Shown one piece after another: positions 9,472 through 18,064 of a stretch of 64,000 nucleotides of DNA. The stretch is taken from positions 96,001 through 160,000 of IMG/VR virus record IMGVR_UViG_3300027977_000008; one strand, given 5' to 3'. The stretch's first letter is position 1, and the number at the start of each line of letters is the position of its first letter. The position numbers and the translations under genes were made by a program. Under the pieces are notes generated by a model. It was not told the DNA's origin. It worked only from the letters and a program-made list of their open reading frames with translations, and did not search any database. The stretch is from a virus.

Positions 9472-11399
9472 TGATTATTTACACTTGCATTACAAATAAC
9501 TATTGTGAACTTCCTGAGATTGAAGATCTTGGGCATCAGTATATTTGTTTTCACGATGGCACTGTGGAACCAAAATCTCCTTGGGAACTAAGGGATATTA
9601 AATATCAACATAAGGATCCTGTTGTATTATCCAGGCATCCAAAAATCATGTTTCATGAATATTTTGATGACCCCTGTGTTTATGTTGATGCTTCTCGATT
9701 ACATTTAATTAATAATAAACAATTTTTTGATATTTCTAAAATAATTTTAGAAGAAGAACTGCTTGTGATGGATCATCCAGAACATCATAATTATTTTGAA
9801 GAATGTTTAGAATATTATTTAAGATCGTGGGTAAATGAAAGTGATATTTTTAAATTAACAAATTATTTGCGCAAAGAAAATTATGATTTCAATAATCATA
9901 ATACAATTTTTGCATGTATATTATGGAGAACTCCAAATGTAGAAACAATACAGTGGTCAAAACTTTGGTGGGATCTATACTTGGATTGTGGTCCTAGAGA
10001 TCAGTTGTCTGGTTCAGCATCTTTGAAATTATCTAATATAGATTATATTAGAGAGCATCCAGTTTCTATCATTTCTAAGTTTACTTATTATAGAGATTGG
10101 TGGAACGATCTCATAGGAAAATCTGGTGAGTATACTTTAAATAAAACTAATGAATGGAATTGGAAAAGTTTTATTGATGAATTATCAAAGATTTCTGGAC
10201 TAGATTGTAAATCCAAAATATCTTTGGAACATCTTAGATATCTGTCTGATCTTAAGAATGGTAATATTTTTAATCAAATTGTTAATTCGTTTGATTATAA
10301 AATTTATAATGACATAGAAAAATCTGAGGAACAGAAGGAAGCATATCGAATTCATTTAGAAGAATTAACTAAACAAAACGAGGTAAGGTTTACTGTATAT
10401 AGTTGCATTACCAACAATTATGATAACATACCTGAAGAAAATTATTATGATCCAAATGTGAGATACGTCATGTTCCATGATGGAACAATTGACACCACAA
10501 AGGGTCCGTGGGAATATATTGATGTTAGAAATTATTGTGATTTAGAATGTTCAAGAAGACTATCTGCTTTTCCAAAAATAAATCCTCATAGATTATTTGA
10601 ACCAGGTGAGCACACAGTGTGGATAGATGCTTGTTATATACAAACAAAAGAGTTTATAAAATTTTCAAAGACAGTTTTTCCTACAAAAGGAGTAACAACC
10701 TTAGAGCATTGTTATCGATTTAGTTATTATGATGAAATGCTTGAAGGATTTATGTGTGAATTTTTCTCTTACGATGATGGTATAGAATTGACAAAAAAAT
10801 TATCAGAAACAAACTATAATTTTAAAAATTACATTAGTCCTTGTTGTACTATAATTTGGAGAACTGTAAAAAATACAAAACAGTTTAGTGATTTTTGTAA
10901 TCTTTGGTGGAAATGGTCTTTGATTGGATCTAACAGAGACCAGCATTCATTTGATGCTGCAAGACAATTCACTGAAATACATATTACTCGTGTTCAGAAC
11001 AAACCACCATCGACAATTGCTGGGGGAATTGACTTAAAATTTGATTTAAAAAATAAAAATAGAAAAGGAAAACACCCTAAAAGAGGACAAAATTCTCAGT
11101 GGAAACGTATGGATGAATTTTTAAAAGAAATGCAATTATATGCAGGGTTAAGTCCGAGAATTTATGCAAAACATGAACATATAACAATGATGGATTGGAA
11201 TAATGTTTTTGAAGATGACATGGATAGACAAAAGTATACAATCCAATCTTCAACTATGAGAAATTTATCTCATCAACGCAGTTTGTGGGGGAGTACAAAA
11301 TCTTTAAATGATGCTATATGGTCTGATCATAAATCATCTCATATTAAACGCCTTGATGCTGATAGACTTAAAAAAATTAAAGCACTTCAAAAAAAATGA
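9471..11399 (+). CDS. Two-domain DUF616-like putative glycosyltransferase, paralog of the upstream gene
   Basis: Two copies of Y[TS]CITNNY...[YW][VI]DA...RDQ[LH]S. Confidence 0.7.
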   Translation: MIIYTCITNNYCELPEIEDLGHQYICFHDGTVEPKSPWELRDIKYQHKDPVVLSRHPKIMFHEYFDDPCVYVDASRLHLINNKQFFDISKIILEEELLVMDHPEHHNYFEECLEYYLRSWVNESDIFKLTNYLRKENYDFNNHNTIFACILWRTPNVETIQWSKLWWDLYLDCGPRDQLSGSASLKLSNIDYIREHPVSIISKFTYYRDWWNDLIGKSGEYTLNKTNEWNWKSFIDELSKISGLDCKSKISLEHLRYLSDLKNGNIFNQIVNSFDYKIYNDIEKSEEQKEAYRIHLEELTKQNEVRFTVYSCITNNYDNIPEENYYDPNVRYVMFHDGTIDTTKGPWEYIDVRNYCDLECSRRLSAFPKINPHRLFEPGEHTVWIDACYIQTKEFIKFSKTVFPTKGVTTLEHCYRFSYYDEMLEGFMCEFFSYDDGIELTKKLSETNYNFKNYISPCCTIIWRTVKNTKQFSDFCNLWWKWSLIGSNRDQHSFDAARQFTEIHITRVQNKPPSTIAGGIDLKFDLKNKNRKGKHPKRGQNSQWKRMDEFLKEMQLYAGLSPRIYAKHEHITMMDWNNVFEDDMDRQKYTIQSSTMRNLSHQRSLWGSTKSLNDAIWSDHKSSHIKRLDADRLKKIKALQKK

Positions 11400-11412
11400 G
11401 TATTTATACTGA

Positions 11413-11441
11413 TTGACTTTTTATTAAGATTGTATTATACT
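11413..11441 (+). promoter_or_regulatory. sigma70-type promoter of psbA
   Basis: TTGACT-N17-TATACT. Confidence 0.7.
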
Positions 11442-11482
11442 AAATAAGTTAGGAAATGAAGACAAAACTTTACGATTCCTCA

Positions 11483-11582
11483 CATTCCCGCTAACCAAGA
11501 CCTATGGGAATTGAAATACGTCTTTCTACCTACACTGGAGGGTGGTGTAGGAATACTGCCAACAGTTCGTTCCCCCGAACTC
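11483..11582 (+). ncRNA. PhotoRC-II-like structured RNA in the psbA 5' leader
   Basis: Stems ATTCCC/GGGAAT, AAGAC/GTCTT (pseudoknot), CCTACAC/GTGTAGG and GTTCG/CGAAC directly upstream of psbA; resembles cyanophage psbA leaders as recalled. Confidence 0.65.
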
Positions 11583-11602
11583 ATAACTACCCTTTTAATT
11601 CA

Positions 11603-12688
11603 ATGACTACTGCTACAATTGCTACACGCTCTAATACTACTAACTTATGGAACGATTTCTGTGAATGGGTAACCTCAACTAACAACCGTTTATATGTTGG
11701 TTGGTTTGGTGTATTGGGAATTCCAACTTTATTAGTTGCTACAACTTGCTTTATTATTGCCTTCATCGGTGCTCCTCCTGTGGACATAGATGGTATTCGT
11801 GAACCTGTCGCTGGATCTTTACTCTATGGAAACAACATTATCTCGGGAGCGGTCGTACCAAGCTCCAACGCAATCGGATTACATTTCTACCCAATTTGGG
11901 AAGCTGCTTCTGTTGACGAATGGCTCTACAATGGTGGACCGTTCCAACTTGTTGTCTTCCACTTCCTCATTGGCATCTATGCTTACATGGGACGAGAATG
12001 GGAACTTAGTTATAGACTAGGTATGCGTCCTTGGATCTGTATTGCTTACAGTGCTCCTGTTGCTGCTGCCTCTGCTGTATTCTTAGTGTATCCTTTTGGT
12101 CAAGGTTCTTTTAGTGATGCGATGCCTTTGGGTATCTCAGGCACCTTTAACTATATGCTTGTATTCCAGGCAGAACATAACATCTTAATGCACCCCTTCC
12201 ATATGCTTGGAGTTGCTGGTGTCTTTGGAGGAAGTCTATTTTCTGCGATGCATGGATCTTTGGTAACCTCATCATTGGTTCGTGAAACCACAGAAACCGA
12301 AAGTCAGAACTACGGATATAAGTTTGGTCAAGAAGAAGAGACCTATAATATTGTTGCTGCTCACGGATACTTTGGAAGACTTATTTTCCAATATGCTTCG
12401 TTCAACAACTCTCGTTCACTTCACTTCTTCCTTGCTGCCTGGCCTGTTGTAGGCATCTGGTTCACCGCTCTTGGTGTTTCAACCATGGCTTTTAACCTTA
12501 ACGGCCTAAATTTCAACCAGAGTATTCTGGATAATCAAGGACACGTTATTAATACGTGGGCTGATGTTCTTAACCGTGCTGGACTCGGTTTAGAAGTGAT
12601 GCATGAACGTAATGCCCACAACTTTCCCCTAGATCTTGCTGCTGCTGAAGCAACTCCTGTTGCTTTGACTGCACCTGCTATCGGTTGA
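11603..12688 (+). CDS. psbA: Photosystem II D1 protein
   Basis: Unmistakable D1 sequence (NRLYVGWFG...[15 protein letters not shown]); true start MTTATIA at 11603; no intron. Confidence 0.99.
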   Translation: MTTATIATRSNTTNLWNDFCEWVTSTNNRLYVGWFGVLGIPTLLVATTCFIIAFIGAPPVDIDGIREPVAGSLLYGNNIISGAVVPSSNAIGLHFYPIWEAASVDEWLYNGGPFQLVVFHFLIGIYAYMGREWELSYRLGMRPWICIAYSAPVAAASAVFLVYPFGQGSFSDAMPLGISGTFNYMLVFQAEHNILMHPFHMLGVAGVFGGSLFSAMHGSLVTSSLVRETTETESQNYGYKFGQEEETYNIVAAHGYFGRLIFQYASFNNSRSLHFFLAAWPVVGIWFTALGVSTMAFNLNGLNFNQSILDNQGHVINTWADVLNRAGLGLEVMHERNAHNFPLDLAAAEATPVALTAPAIG

Positions 12689-12708
12689 TAAATAAATCAT
12701 TGTCGTGC

Positions 12709-12736
12709 AAAGGATCCTTCGGGATCCTTTTTTTTT
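12709..12736 (+). terminator. Rho-independent terminator after psbA
   Basis: AAAGGATCC-TTCG-GGATCCTTT followed by a T-run (cUUCGg tetraloop). Confidence 0.9.
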
Positions 12737-12743
12737 ATAAATA
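12736..12743 (+). promoter_or_regulatory. T4-type late promoter for the endonuclease gene
   Basis: TATAAATA 26 nt upstream of the ATG at 12770. Confidence 0.75.
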
Positions 12744-12769
12744 ATAATGCACGACAATGCACGAATACT

Positions 12770-13219
12770 ATGACTAAAACAACTCAAACATCTGGGACTA
12801 AAACTTGTACTAAATGTGGTGCAAGTAAAGACATCGCAGAATTTTATAAGAGAGGTGGTAAAACATCACCTGAAACTAGGCATAATCACTGTAAAGAATG
12901 TACTAAATCTAGAGTAACTTCAAAGTATAAAGAAGATCCTTCTCTTTATAGAGAACAGCATTTACAGAGAAGTTATGGAATTGGTAGAGATGAGTACAAC
13001 AATATGTTGCAAGAGCAAAATAATCAATGTGATATTTGCAAATCATTAGATCCAAAGGGCAAACATAACAATAATTATTTTCCCGTTGATCATTGTCATT
13101 CTACAAATAAAGTTAGGGGATTACTATGCCATAACTGCAACACCGCATTAGGACTTGTGGGGGACAATATTAGCACACTACAAACAATGATTGAATACCT
13201 GAGTAAAAACACCTATTGA
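12770..13219 (+). mobile_element. Free-standing homing endonuclease, EndoVII/HNH family (F-CphI-like)
   Basis: CTKC/CKEC zinc motifs, YGI...Y..ML..Q...CDIC, VDHCH...VRGLLCHNCN.ALG; lies immediately downstream of psbA. Confidence 0.85.
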
Positions 13220-13244
13220 CTTTTTTATTAACAAATGTTAAGAT
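13216..13244 (+). promoter_or_regulatory. sigma70-type promoter for the ORF-psbD unit
   Basis: TTGACT-N17-TAAGAT. Confidence 0.6.
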
Positions 13245-13258
13245 AAATATGAGAAATA

Positions 13259-13504
13259 ATGAAGGTGCTTATGGTTGGAAAGTTAGATCCTGAGGAAAAT
13301 GTTCTTCAGTGGTTTGAACAAACTTCTAATGAACCTTATAATCGTCATGATTATAAACTAGTATACACTAATGGTAATATAAAAGTATTTGAGGATTATC
13401 AAGAGTTTATGGCAGCATGGTTTCAATATCCAAAACAACTTCTAAGTCACGGAGAAGTTTTGAATAAAAAAGTAAAAAAAATTAAATCTGGAGGATTTAT
13501 GTAA
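13259..13504 (+). CDS. Small conserved cyanophage hypothetical protein
   Basis: [17 protein letters not shown]...GGF; stop overlaps the psbD start. Confidence 0.65.
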   Translation: MKVLMVGKLDPEENVLQWFEQTSNEPYNRHDYKLVYTNGNIKVFEDYQEFMAAWFQYPKQLLSHGEVLNKKVKKIKSGGFM

Positions 13505-14562
13505 TGGTTTCTTCAACATTTACTCAACAAACTCAGAGAGGATGGTTCGATGTCTTGGACGACTGGCTTAAACGAGATCGCTTTATCTTTGTGGGGTGGT
13601 CTGGACTACTTCTTTTTCCCACTGCTTATTTGGCAATTGGTGGCTGGCTTACTGGGACAACGTTTGTTACAAGTTGGTACACCCACGGGTTGGCGTCTAG
13701 TTACCTTGAGGGTGCTAATTTCCTCACGGCAGCTGTGTCAACGCCTGCTGATGCTATGGGTCATTCTCTTCTTCTACTTTGGGGTCCTGAGTCTCAAGGG
13801 GATATTATCAGGTGGTTCCAACTTGGGGGACTCTGGGCTTTTGTGGCACTCCACGGGGCTTTCGCTCTGATTGGATTTATGCTTCGTCAGTTTGAGATTG
13901 CTCGTTTAGTAGGGATTAGACCGTACAATGCTATTGCGTTTTCTGGACCGATTGCAGTATTCGTTTCGGTATTCTTAATGTATCCTCTGGGTCAATCCAG
14001 CTGGTTCTTTGCTCCTTCTTTTGGTGTTGCTGCTATCTTCAGGTTCCTGCTATTCCTACAAGGTTTTCATAACTGGACACTCAATCCCTTTCACATGATG
14101 GGAGTTGCTGGTATACTGGGAGGAGCATTGCTCTGTGCGATTCACGGAGCAACTGTAGAAAACACTTTATTTGAGGACAGTGGACAAGCAAACACATTCA
14201 AAGCATTTGAACCTACGCAAGAAGAAGAGACTTATTCAATGGTTACTGCGAACCGTTTCTGGTCGCAGATATTTGGTATCGCGTTTAGCAATAAGCGTTG
14301 GTTGCATTTCTTTATGCTATTTGTTCCTGTCATGGGTCTTTGGACCGCTTCTATTGGTATTATTGGTCTTGCTTTTAATTTGAGAGCATATGACTTTGTA
14401 AGTCAGGAGATTAGAGCTGCTGAAGATCCTGAATTTGAAACATTCTATACAAAGAATATTCTTTTGAATGAAGGACTTCGTGCTTGGATGGCACCAGCAG
14501 ATCAACCTCACGAGAACTTTGTATTTCCAGAGGAAGTACTACCACGAGGAAATGCTCTTTGA
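13504..14562 (+). CDS. psbD: Photosystem II D2 protein
   Basis: [16 protein letters not shown]...[10 protein letters not shown]. Confidence 0.99.
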   Translation: MVSSTFTQQTQRGWFDVLDDWLKRDRFIFVGWSGLLLFPTAYLAIGGWLTGTTFVTSWYTHGLASSYLEGANFLTAAVSTPADAMGHSLLLLWGPESQGDIIRWFQLGGLWAFVALHGAFALIGFMLRQFEIARLVGIRPYNAIAFSGPIAVFVSVFLMYPLGQSSWFFAPSFGVAAIFRFLLFLQGFHNWTLNPFHMMGVAGILGGALLCAIHGATVENTLFEDSGQANTFKAFEPTQEEETYSMVTANRFWSQIFGIAFSNKRWLHFFMLFVPVMGLWTASIGIIGLAFNLRAYDFVSQEIRAAEDPEFETFYTKNILLNEGLRAWMAPADQPHENFVFPEEVLPRGNAL

Positions 14563-14567
14563 TTATC

Positions 14568-14598
14568 CAGGGACCTTCTTGTAGGGTCTCTTTTTTTA
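14568..14598 (+). terminator. Probable terminator after psbD
   Basis: AGGGACCTT...AGGGTCTCT imperfect stem plus T-run. Confidence 0.6.
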
Positions 14599-14623
14599 TA
14601 AATCTCCCAAGTAATATTAAAAA

Positions 14624-15247
14624 ATGTCTTATTTAAATCATAACTTACCTGATTGGAGTTGTTATATTCGTAATGAGTTTCTATACAATCACAAAAAAGG
14701 ACACGGAGAAATTACAAAATGTGATGTTCATTCTGTCGCAAGTATGGAGAAACGAGTTCCATTGTTTGAATGTTTTCTGGAGAATGGTGTAAACTGGACC
14801 CGAAGACCATTACATTCACTCTGCTGGAAACCTGATGCAGAAATAGAACCTCTCAATCAAATTATGTATTGGGATTGCTTCTCTTCTTATGTGGATGTGC
14901 AACGAAGAAATCGTCTTGCTGGATTGAAAGCAGAACTTATTCGTCCTGATAATACTAAAGTTCATGGTGAGTATATGTTTACTCTTGACTGGGGATTTGA
15001 GAATAAGGGAATGACGGATTTTAATTACTCAGAAACTCCAGAACATAAATGTGCTCATTTGTTCAAGGTGGAAACTGGTAACTACTATGCATACCCAAAT
15101 AATAGAATTATATGGTATGATAGTGCCTGGACATTCAATCGCATCAAGTCAAATCCAGGATATGAGATTGATACGAATTTGTATTCTGTAGAAAATACAA
15201 GAACCTTTGAGACTTCTGATCATTACATTTATCAAATTGAGGAATGA
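14624..15247 (+). CDS. Conserved T4-like phage hypothetical protein
   Basis: 207 aa ORF, YLNHNLP...YIRNEFL...EHKCAH...YAYPNNRIIWYD. Confidence 0.7.
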   Translation: MSYLNHNLPDWSCYIRNEFLYNHKKGHGEITKCDVHSVASMEKRVPLFECFLENGVNWTRRPLHSLCWKPDAEIEPLNQIMYWDCFSSYVDVQRRNRLAGLKAELIRPDNTKVHGEYMFTLDWGFENKGMTDFNYSETPEHKCAHLFKVETGNYYAYPNNRIIWYDSAWTFNRIKSNPGYEIDTNLYSVENTRTFETSDHYIYQIEE

Positions 15248-15256
15248 ATTTAGGTT

Positions 15257-15382
15257 ATGATTTCGTCTACAACTCCATACAAACTCACAGAAATTATTCG
15301 GGATACTTGGCCCAATCTTTATAGACCACCAGCAGATTTCAAACCACCATCACTTTATAAATCAATAGATATAAATAACTAA
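15257..15382 (+). CDS. Small cyanophage protein (not in ORF track)
   Basis: Translated by hand: MISSTTPYKLTEIIRDTWPNLYRPPADFKPPSLYKSIDINN. Confidence 0.5.
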   Translation: MISSTTPYKLTEIIRDTWPNLYRPPADFKPPSLYKSIDINN

Positions 15383-15460
15383 AAAGTAGTTATAAGATGA
15401 GCCCACAAGAACTTCGTGCCCTTCAAGAAGCATATTTAAGTGTTTATGAACTTGATGAAG
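15370..15460 (+). repeat. 91-bp direct repeat, copy 1 (late promoter + RBS region + first 21 codons)
   Basis: Matches 16262-16352 with one mismatch; begins TATAAATA. Confidence 0.95.
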
Positions 15461-16185
15461 CAACTGCCATGGCAAAGAGGGGCAAGGATGAGACTGAAAT
15501 TCGTAACCAAATTGCATCAAAAACTCGTGGTGGGGAATTTGCAGACAAAGCAGGTAAGTTAGCAGATCGTGAAACTTATGGTAATAAGGAAATGAAAGCA
15601 GGTAGAGAGAAACTTGCAAGAAAGCAAAGAGGTGATTTCCGTGATACAAATTCTTCAAGTCCTGGTCTTCGTGGATATGGTCATCAATCAAGTGACCCTG
15701 CTGTAAAAGCAAAACAAGACGCAAGAGGTAATCAGAGAGCTCGTGCTGCATTAACTCCTAATGAGAGAAAGCAATTAAATATGGAGTTTGATCTCTATGA
15801 TGTAATCCTTGCACACTTACTTGCTGAAGGTTATGCTGATACTAATGAAAATGCACTAGTGATTATGGCAAATATGAGTGAAGGTTGGAAGGATAATATT
15901 CTTGAGGCAAGAGTAGATGATAGTCTTTCTGATGAGGAAAAGCAAGATGCAAGAAATAAAAGATCTGGTGGACAATCTGATTTTACTAGAAGAAATTTAA
16001 CTAAGGCAGGAAGAGGTAAATCTCCAAAAGGACTGAAACCTGTAGAAACAACACCAGCAATGACTTCGGTGAGAAAATTTGAAATGTCACTCAATCAACC
16101 AAGAACATCTGTCGGAAAAAGAGTTCGAGGTGAGATTGAAATGAATAAGGCAGAAAGAGGACCCTCAGGTCGTCGTGGATCTTAA
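15397..16185 (+). CDS. Late, highly charged protein of the 'QEAY..VYE' family
   Basis: TATAAATA at 15370; leader MSPQELRALQEAYLSVYELDE; internal module DLYDVILAHLLAEGYADT...MANMSE.W...ILE. Confidence 0.8.
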   Translation: MSPQELRALQEAYLSVYELDEATAMAKRGKDETEIRNQIASKTRGGEFADKAGKLADRETYGNKEMKAGREKLARKQRGDFRDTNSSSPGLRGYGHQSSDPAVKAKQDARGNQRARAALTPNERKQLNMEFDLYDVILAHLLAEGYADTNENALVIMANMSEGWKDNILEARVDDSLSDEEKQDARNKRSGGQSDFTRRNLTKAGRGKSPKGLKPVETTPAMTSVRKFEMSLNQPRTSVGKRVRGEIEMNKAERGPSGRRGS

Positions 16186-16261
16186 ACACTAAAAATAGTG
16201 TTTAACTTTGGAAAGAAGAAACTAGATATAAAACAATATGCCATAATTGTTGTGGTTTTTT

Positions 16262-16352
16262 TATAAATAACTAAAAAGCAGTTATAAGATGAGCCCACAA
16301 GAACTTCGTGCCCTTCAAGAAGCATATTTAAGTGTTTATGAACTTGATGAAG
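16262..16352 (+). repeat. 91-bp direct repeat, copy 2
   Basis: Matches 15370-15460. Confidence 0.95.
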
Positions 16353-16993
16353 AAAAGGTAGAACTCAAAGATAGAAACAAAAATGAAATGCAACGCAAGG
16401 CAGGCAACCTTGGTCGTGAAGTAGTTTCTACTCCTAACACGAAGAAGAATGCAGTAAAGAGAACTGCTGCAATGGATAGAATGGGTAAATTGGTAAGTGC
16501 AATTGCTAGTGATGATGAAGATAAAAGATTTGATAGGATGCCTACTAGAGAAGAGTTTGTTGATGAAGCAAAGAAAAAACCAATGATAAAGGTTGGGGTT
16601 CCCAAGGAAAAACTTGGATATAAAGTTGCTGATATTGGACCTGGTGGTAAAGAGTATAATGTAAAAACTTATGGTGCCTATAATGAACAAGCAGACCTCT
16701 ACGACATCATTCTCTCACATCTTTTAGATGAAGGTTATGCTGATACTCAAGAAGCAGCAATCTATATTATGGCGAATATGAGTGAGGATTGGAGAGAGAG
16801 TATTCTTAGTGAAGACCCAGTTCAAGATTATAGAGATATGAAAAGAGCAGATCAAAATAGAAGTGGTATTAGAGGTCGTGAATTGAGTCACGATACAACT
16901 CTCGGACTTAAAGGCAAACCACAACCAGGAAGCGGATCTGTTACTCAAAAACTTACAGTTAGAGGAAGAGAATTTACTATTCCCCCATCCTGA
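16289..16993 (+). CDS. Late, highly charged protein of the 'QEAY..VYE' family, paralog
   Basis: Same leader and the DLYDIILSHLLDEGYADT...MANMSEDWRESILSE module. Confidence 0.8.
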   Translation: MSPQELRALQEAYLSVYELDEEKVELKDRNKNEMQRKAGNLGREVVSTPNTKKNAVKRTAAMDRMGKLVSAIASDDEDKRFDRMPTREEFVDEAKKKPMIKVGVPKEKLGYKVADIGPGGKEYNVKTYGAYNEQADLYDIILSHLLDEGYADTQEAAIYIMANMSEDWRESILSEDPVQDYRDMKRADQNRSGIRGRELSHDTTLGLKGKPQPGSGSVTQKLTVRGREFTIPPS

Positions 16994-17001
16994 TCCCAAA
17001 A

Positions 17002-17057
17002 CCACTTTCTGAACTGACACAGAGACCTCTTCCAAGGGGTCTTTTTTATGCTATAAT
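17002..17057 (+). promoter_or_regulatory. Phage early-type promoter motif overlapping a terminator hairpin
   Basis: CACTT-TCTG-AACTG-ACAC, hairpin GACCTCTT/AAGGGGTC plus T-run, TATAAT at 17052. Confidence 0.55.
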
Positions 17058-17069
17058 AAAGAAGTAAAT

Positions 17070-17276
17070 TTGAAAAGATCTCAAGTGTTAAAAAGCACTC
17101 AGTTCACTTACATTTTTCTTGGTGTCATTGCTATTCTTGGATGGAATATTTGGGCAATGCAAAAAGATGCTAAACTTATCAGAGCATATGATGATCAAAG
17201 AGCAAAAATAGAGTTCTGTAGTTCGCAGGCAGGATGGCATCCCGATTGTAATGATGATAAAATATACAAAAGATAA
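17070..17276 (+). CDS. Small predicted membrane protein
   Basis: Hydrophobic stretch YIFLGVIAILGWNIW; C-terminal FC....GWHPDC. Confidence 0.55.
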   Translation: MKRSQVLKSTQFTYIFLGVIAILGWNIWAMQKDAKLIRAYDDQRAKIEFCSSQAGWHPDCNDDKIYKR

Positions 17277-17322
17277 AAACTTTGATGTATTATTATAAAA
17301 AAGAAGGAAGTAATTATTTTTT

Positions 17323-17457
17323 ATGAAATATGTTTCTGTAATGCTGTTATTAGAAAATAAAAAAATTGAATGGATAGATATTCCTTGGGGTAAAAAATAC
17401 TTAGATGTGATTAGAAAATTTGGCACAATTATTATGACAGTTGTAAAATATCAATGA
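17323..17457 (+). CDS. Small hypothetical protein (not in ORF track)
   Basis: MKYVSVMLLLENKKIEWIDIPWGKKYLDVIRKFGTIIMTVVKYQ; stop overlaps the glutaredoxin ATG. Confidence 0.45.
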   Translation: MKYVSVMLLLENKKIEWIDIPWGKKYLDVIRKFGTIIMTVVKYQ

Positions 17458-17702
17458 AAGCAATAGTTTATAGCAAACTAGAATGTCCATATTGTGAAAA
17501 AGTAAAAACCATACTATTTCATTGTAATATTGAGTACATAGAATATGTGTATGGAAAAGATTTTATCAGAGATCAATTTTATGCAAAATTTGGAAATGGA
17601 TCTACTTTTCCCCAAGTAATATTGGATGATAAACATGTTGGAGGATGCACAGACACAGTAAAATACTTGAAAGAACAGAACCTCTTTCGAATTATACAAT
17701 AA
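17454..17702 (+). CDS. nrdC: Glutaredoxin
   Basis: CPYC active site, TFPQV, VGGCTD. Confidence 0.9.
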   Translation: MKAIVYSKLECPYCEKVKTILFHCNIEYIEYVYGKDFIRDQFYAKFGNGSTFPQVILDDKHVGGCTDTVKYLKEQNLFRIIQ

Positions 17703-17843
17703 ATAAAGATGTATAACTTCTACTTAGGAGTAAGAAACCAAAAATAAAAATCATAAGATTTGGAAAGTGGTTTCTTCCTTTTACAAATAAGGAATTTACC
17801 ATTTGCTTAGAGATAAGAGAACGGTAATCCCAGGAGAACAAAA

Positions 17844-18062
17844 ATGTTAGCAGCTATTATTGGTTTAGCAACTTTATGTTGCTTGTTGACATTAGGTTTT
17901 GGGGTTGTTATTGGATATTTGGTTAGACTATATTTACAAGATGTGACACCACAGTATTCACATCCTGAAATGTTTGACCCTAATGGCAACCCACTTCCAG
18001 ACGAAATTATTGCTTTCAGGTTTGAAGGTAACACAGAACACTTAGACGAATTTAATGACTAA
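17844..18062 (+). CDS. Small conserved cyanophage membrane protein
   Basis: N-terminal TM helix then HPEMFDPNGNPLPDEIIAFRFE; AGGAG SD upstream. Confidence 0.7.
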   Translation: MLAAIIGLATLCCLLTLGFGVVIGYLVRLYLQDVTPQYSHPEMFDPNGNPLPDEIIAFRFEGNTEHLDEFND

Positions 18063-18064
18063 TT

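Noticed and set aside
11504-11602. 33-aa N-terminal extension of psbA in the ORF track
   Set aside because: D1 starts at MTTA (11603); the extension is the structured leader
11603-14562. Group I intron in psbA or psbD
   Set aside because: Both frames are continuous and full length
15370-16352. 91-bp repeats as mobile-element ends or DGR template/variable repeats
   Set aside because: No transposase, integrase or reverse transcriptase in the window, and the single mismatch is T/C with no adenine-biased variation
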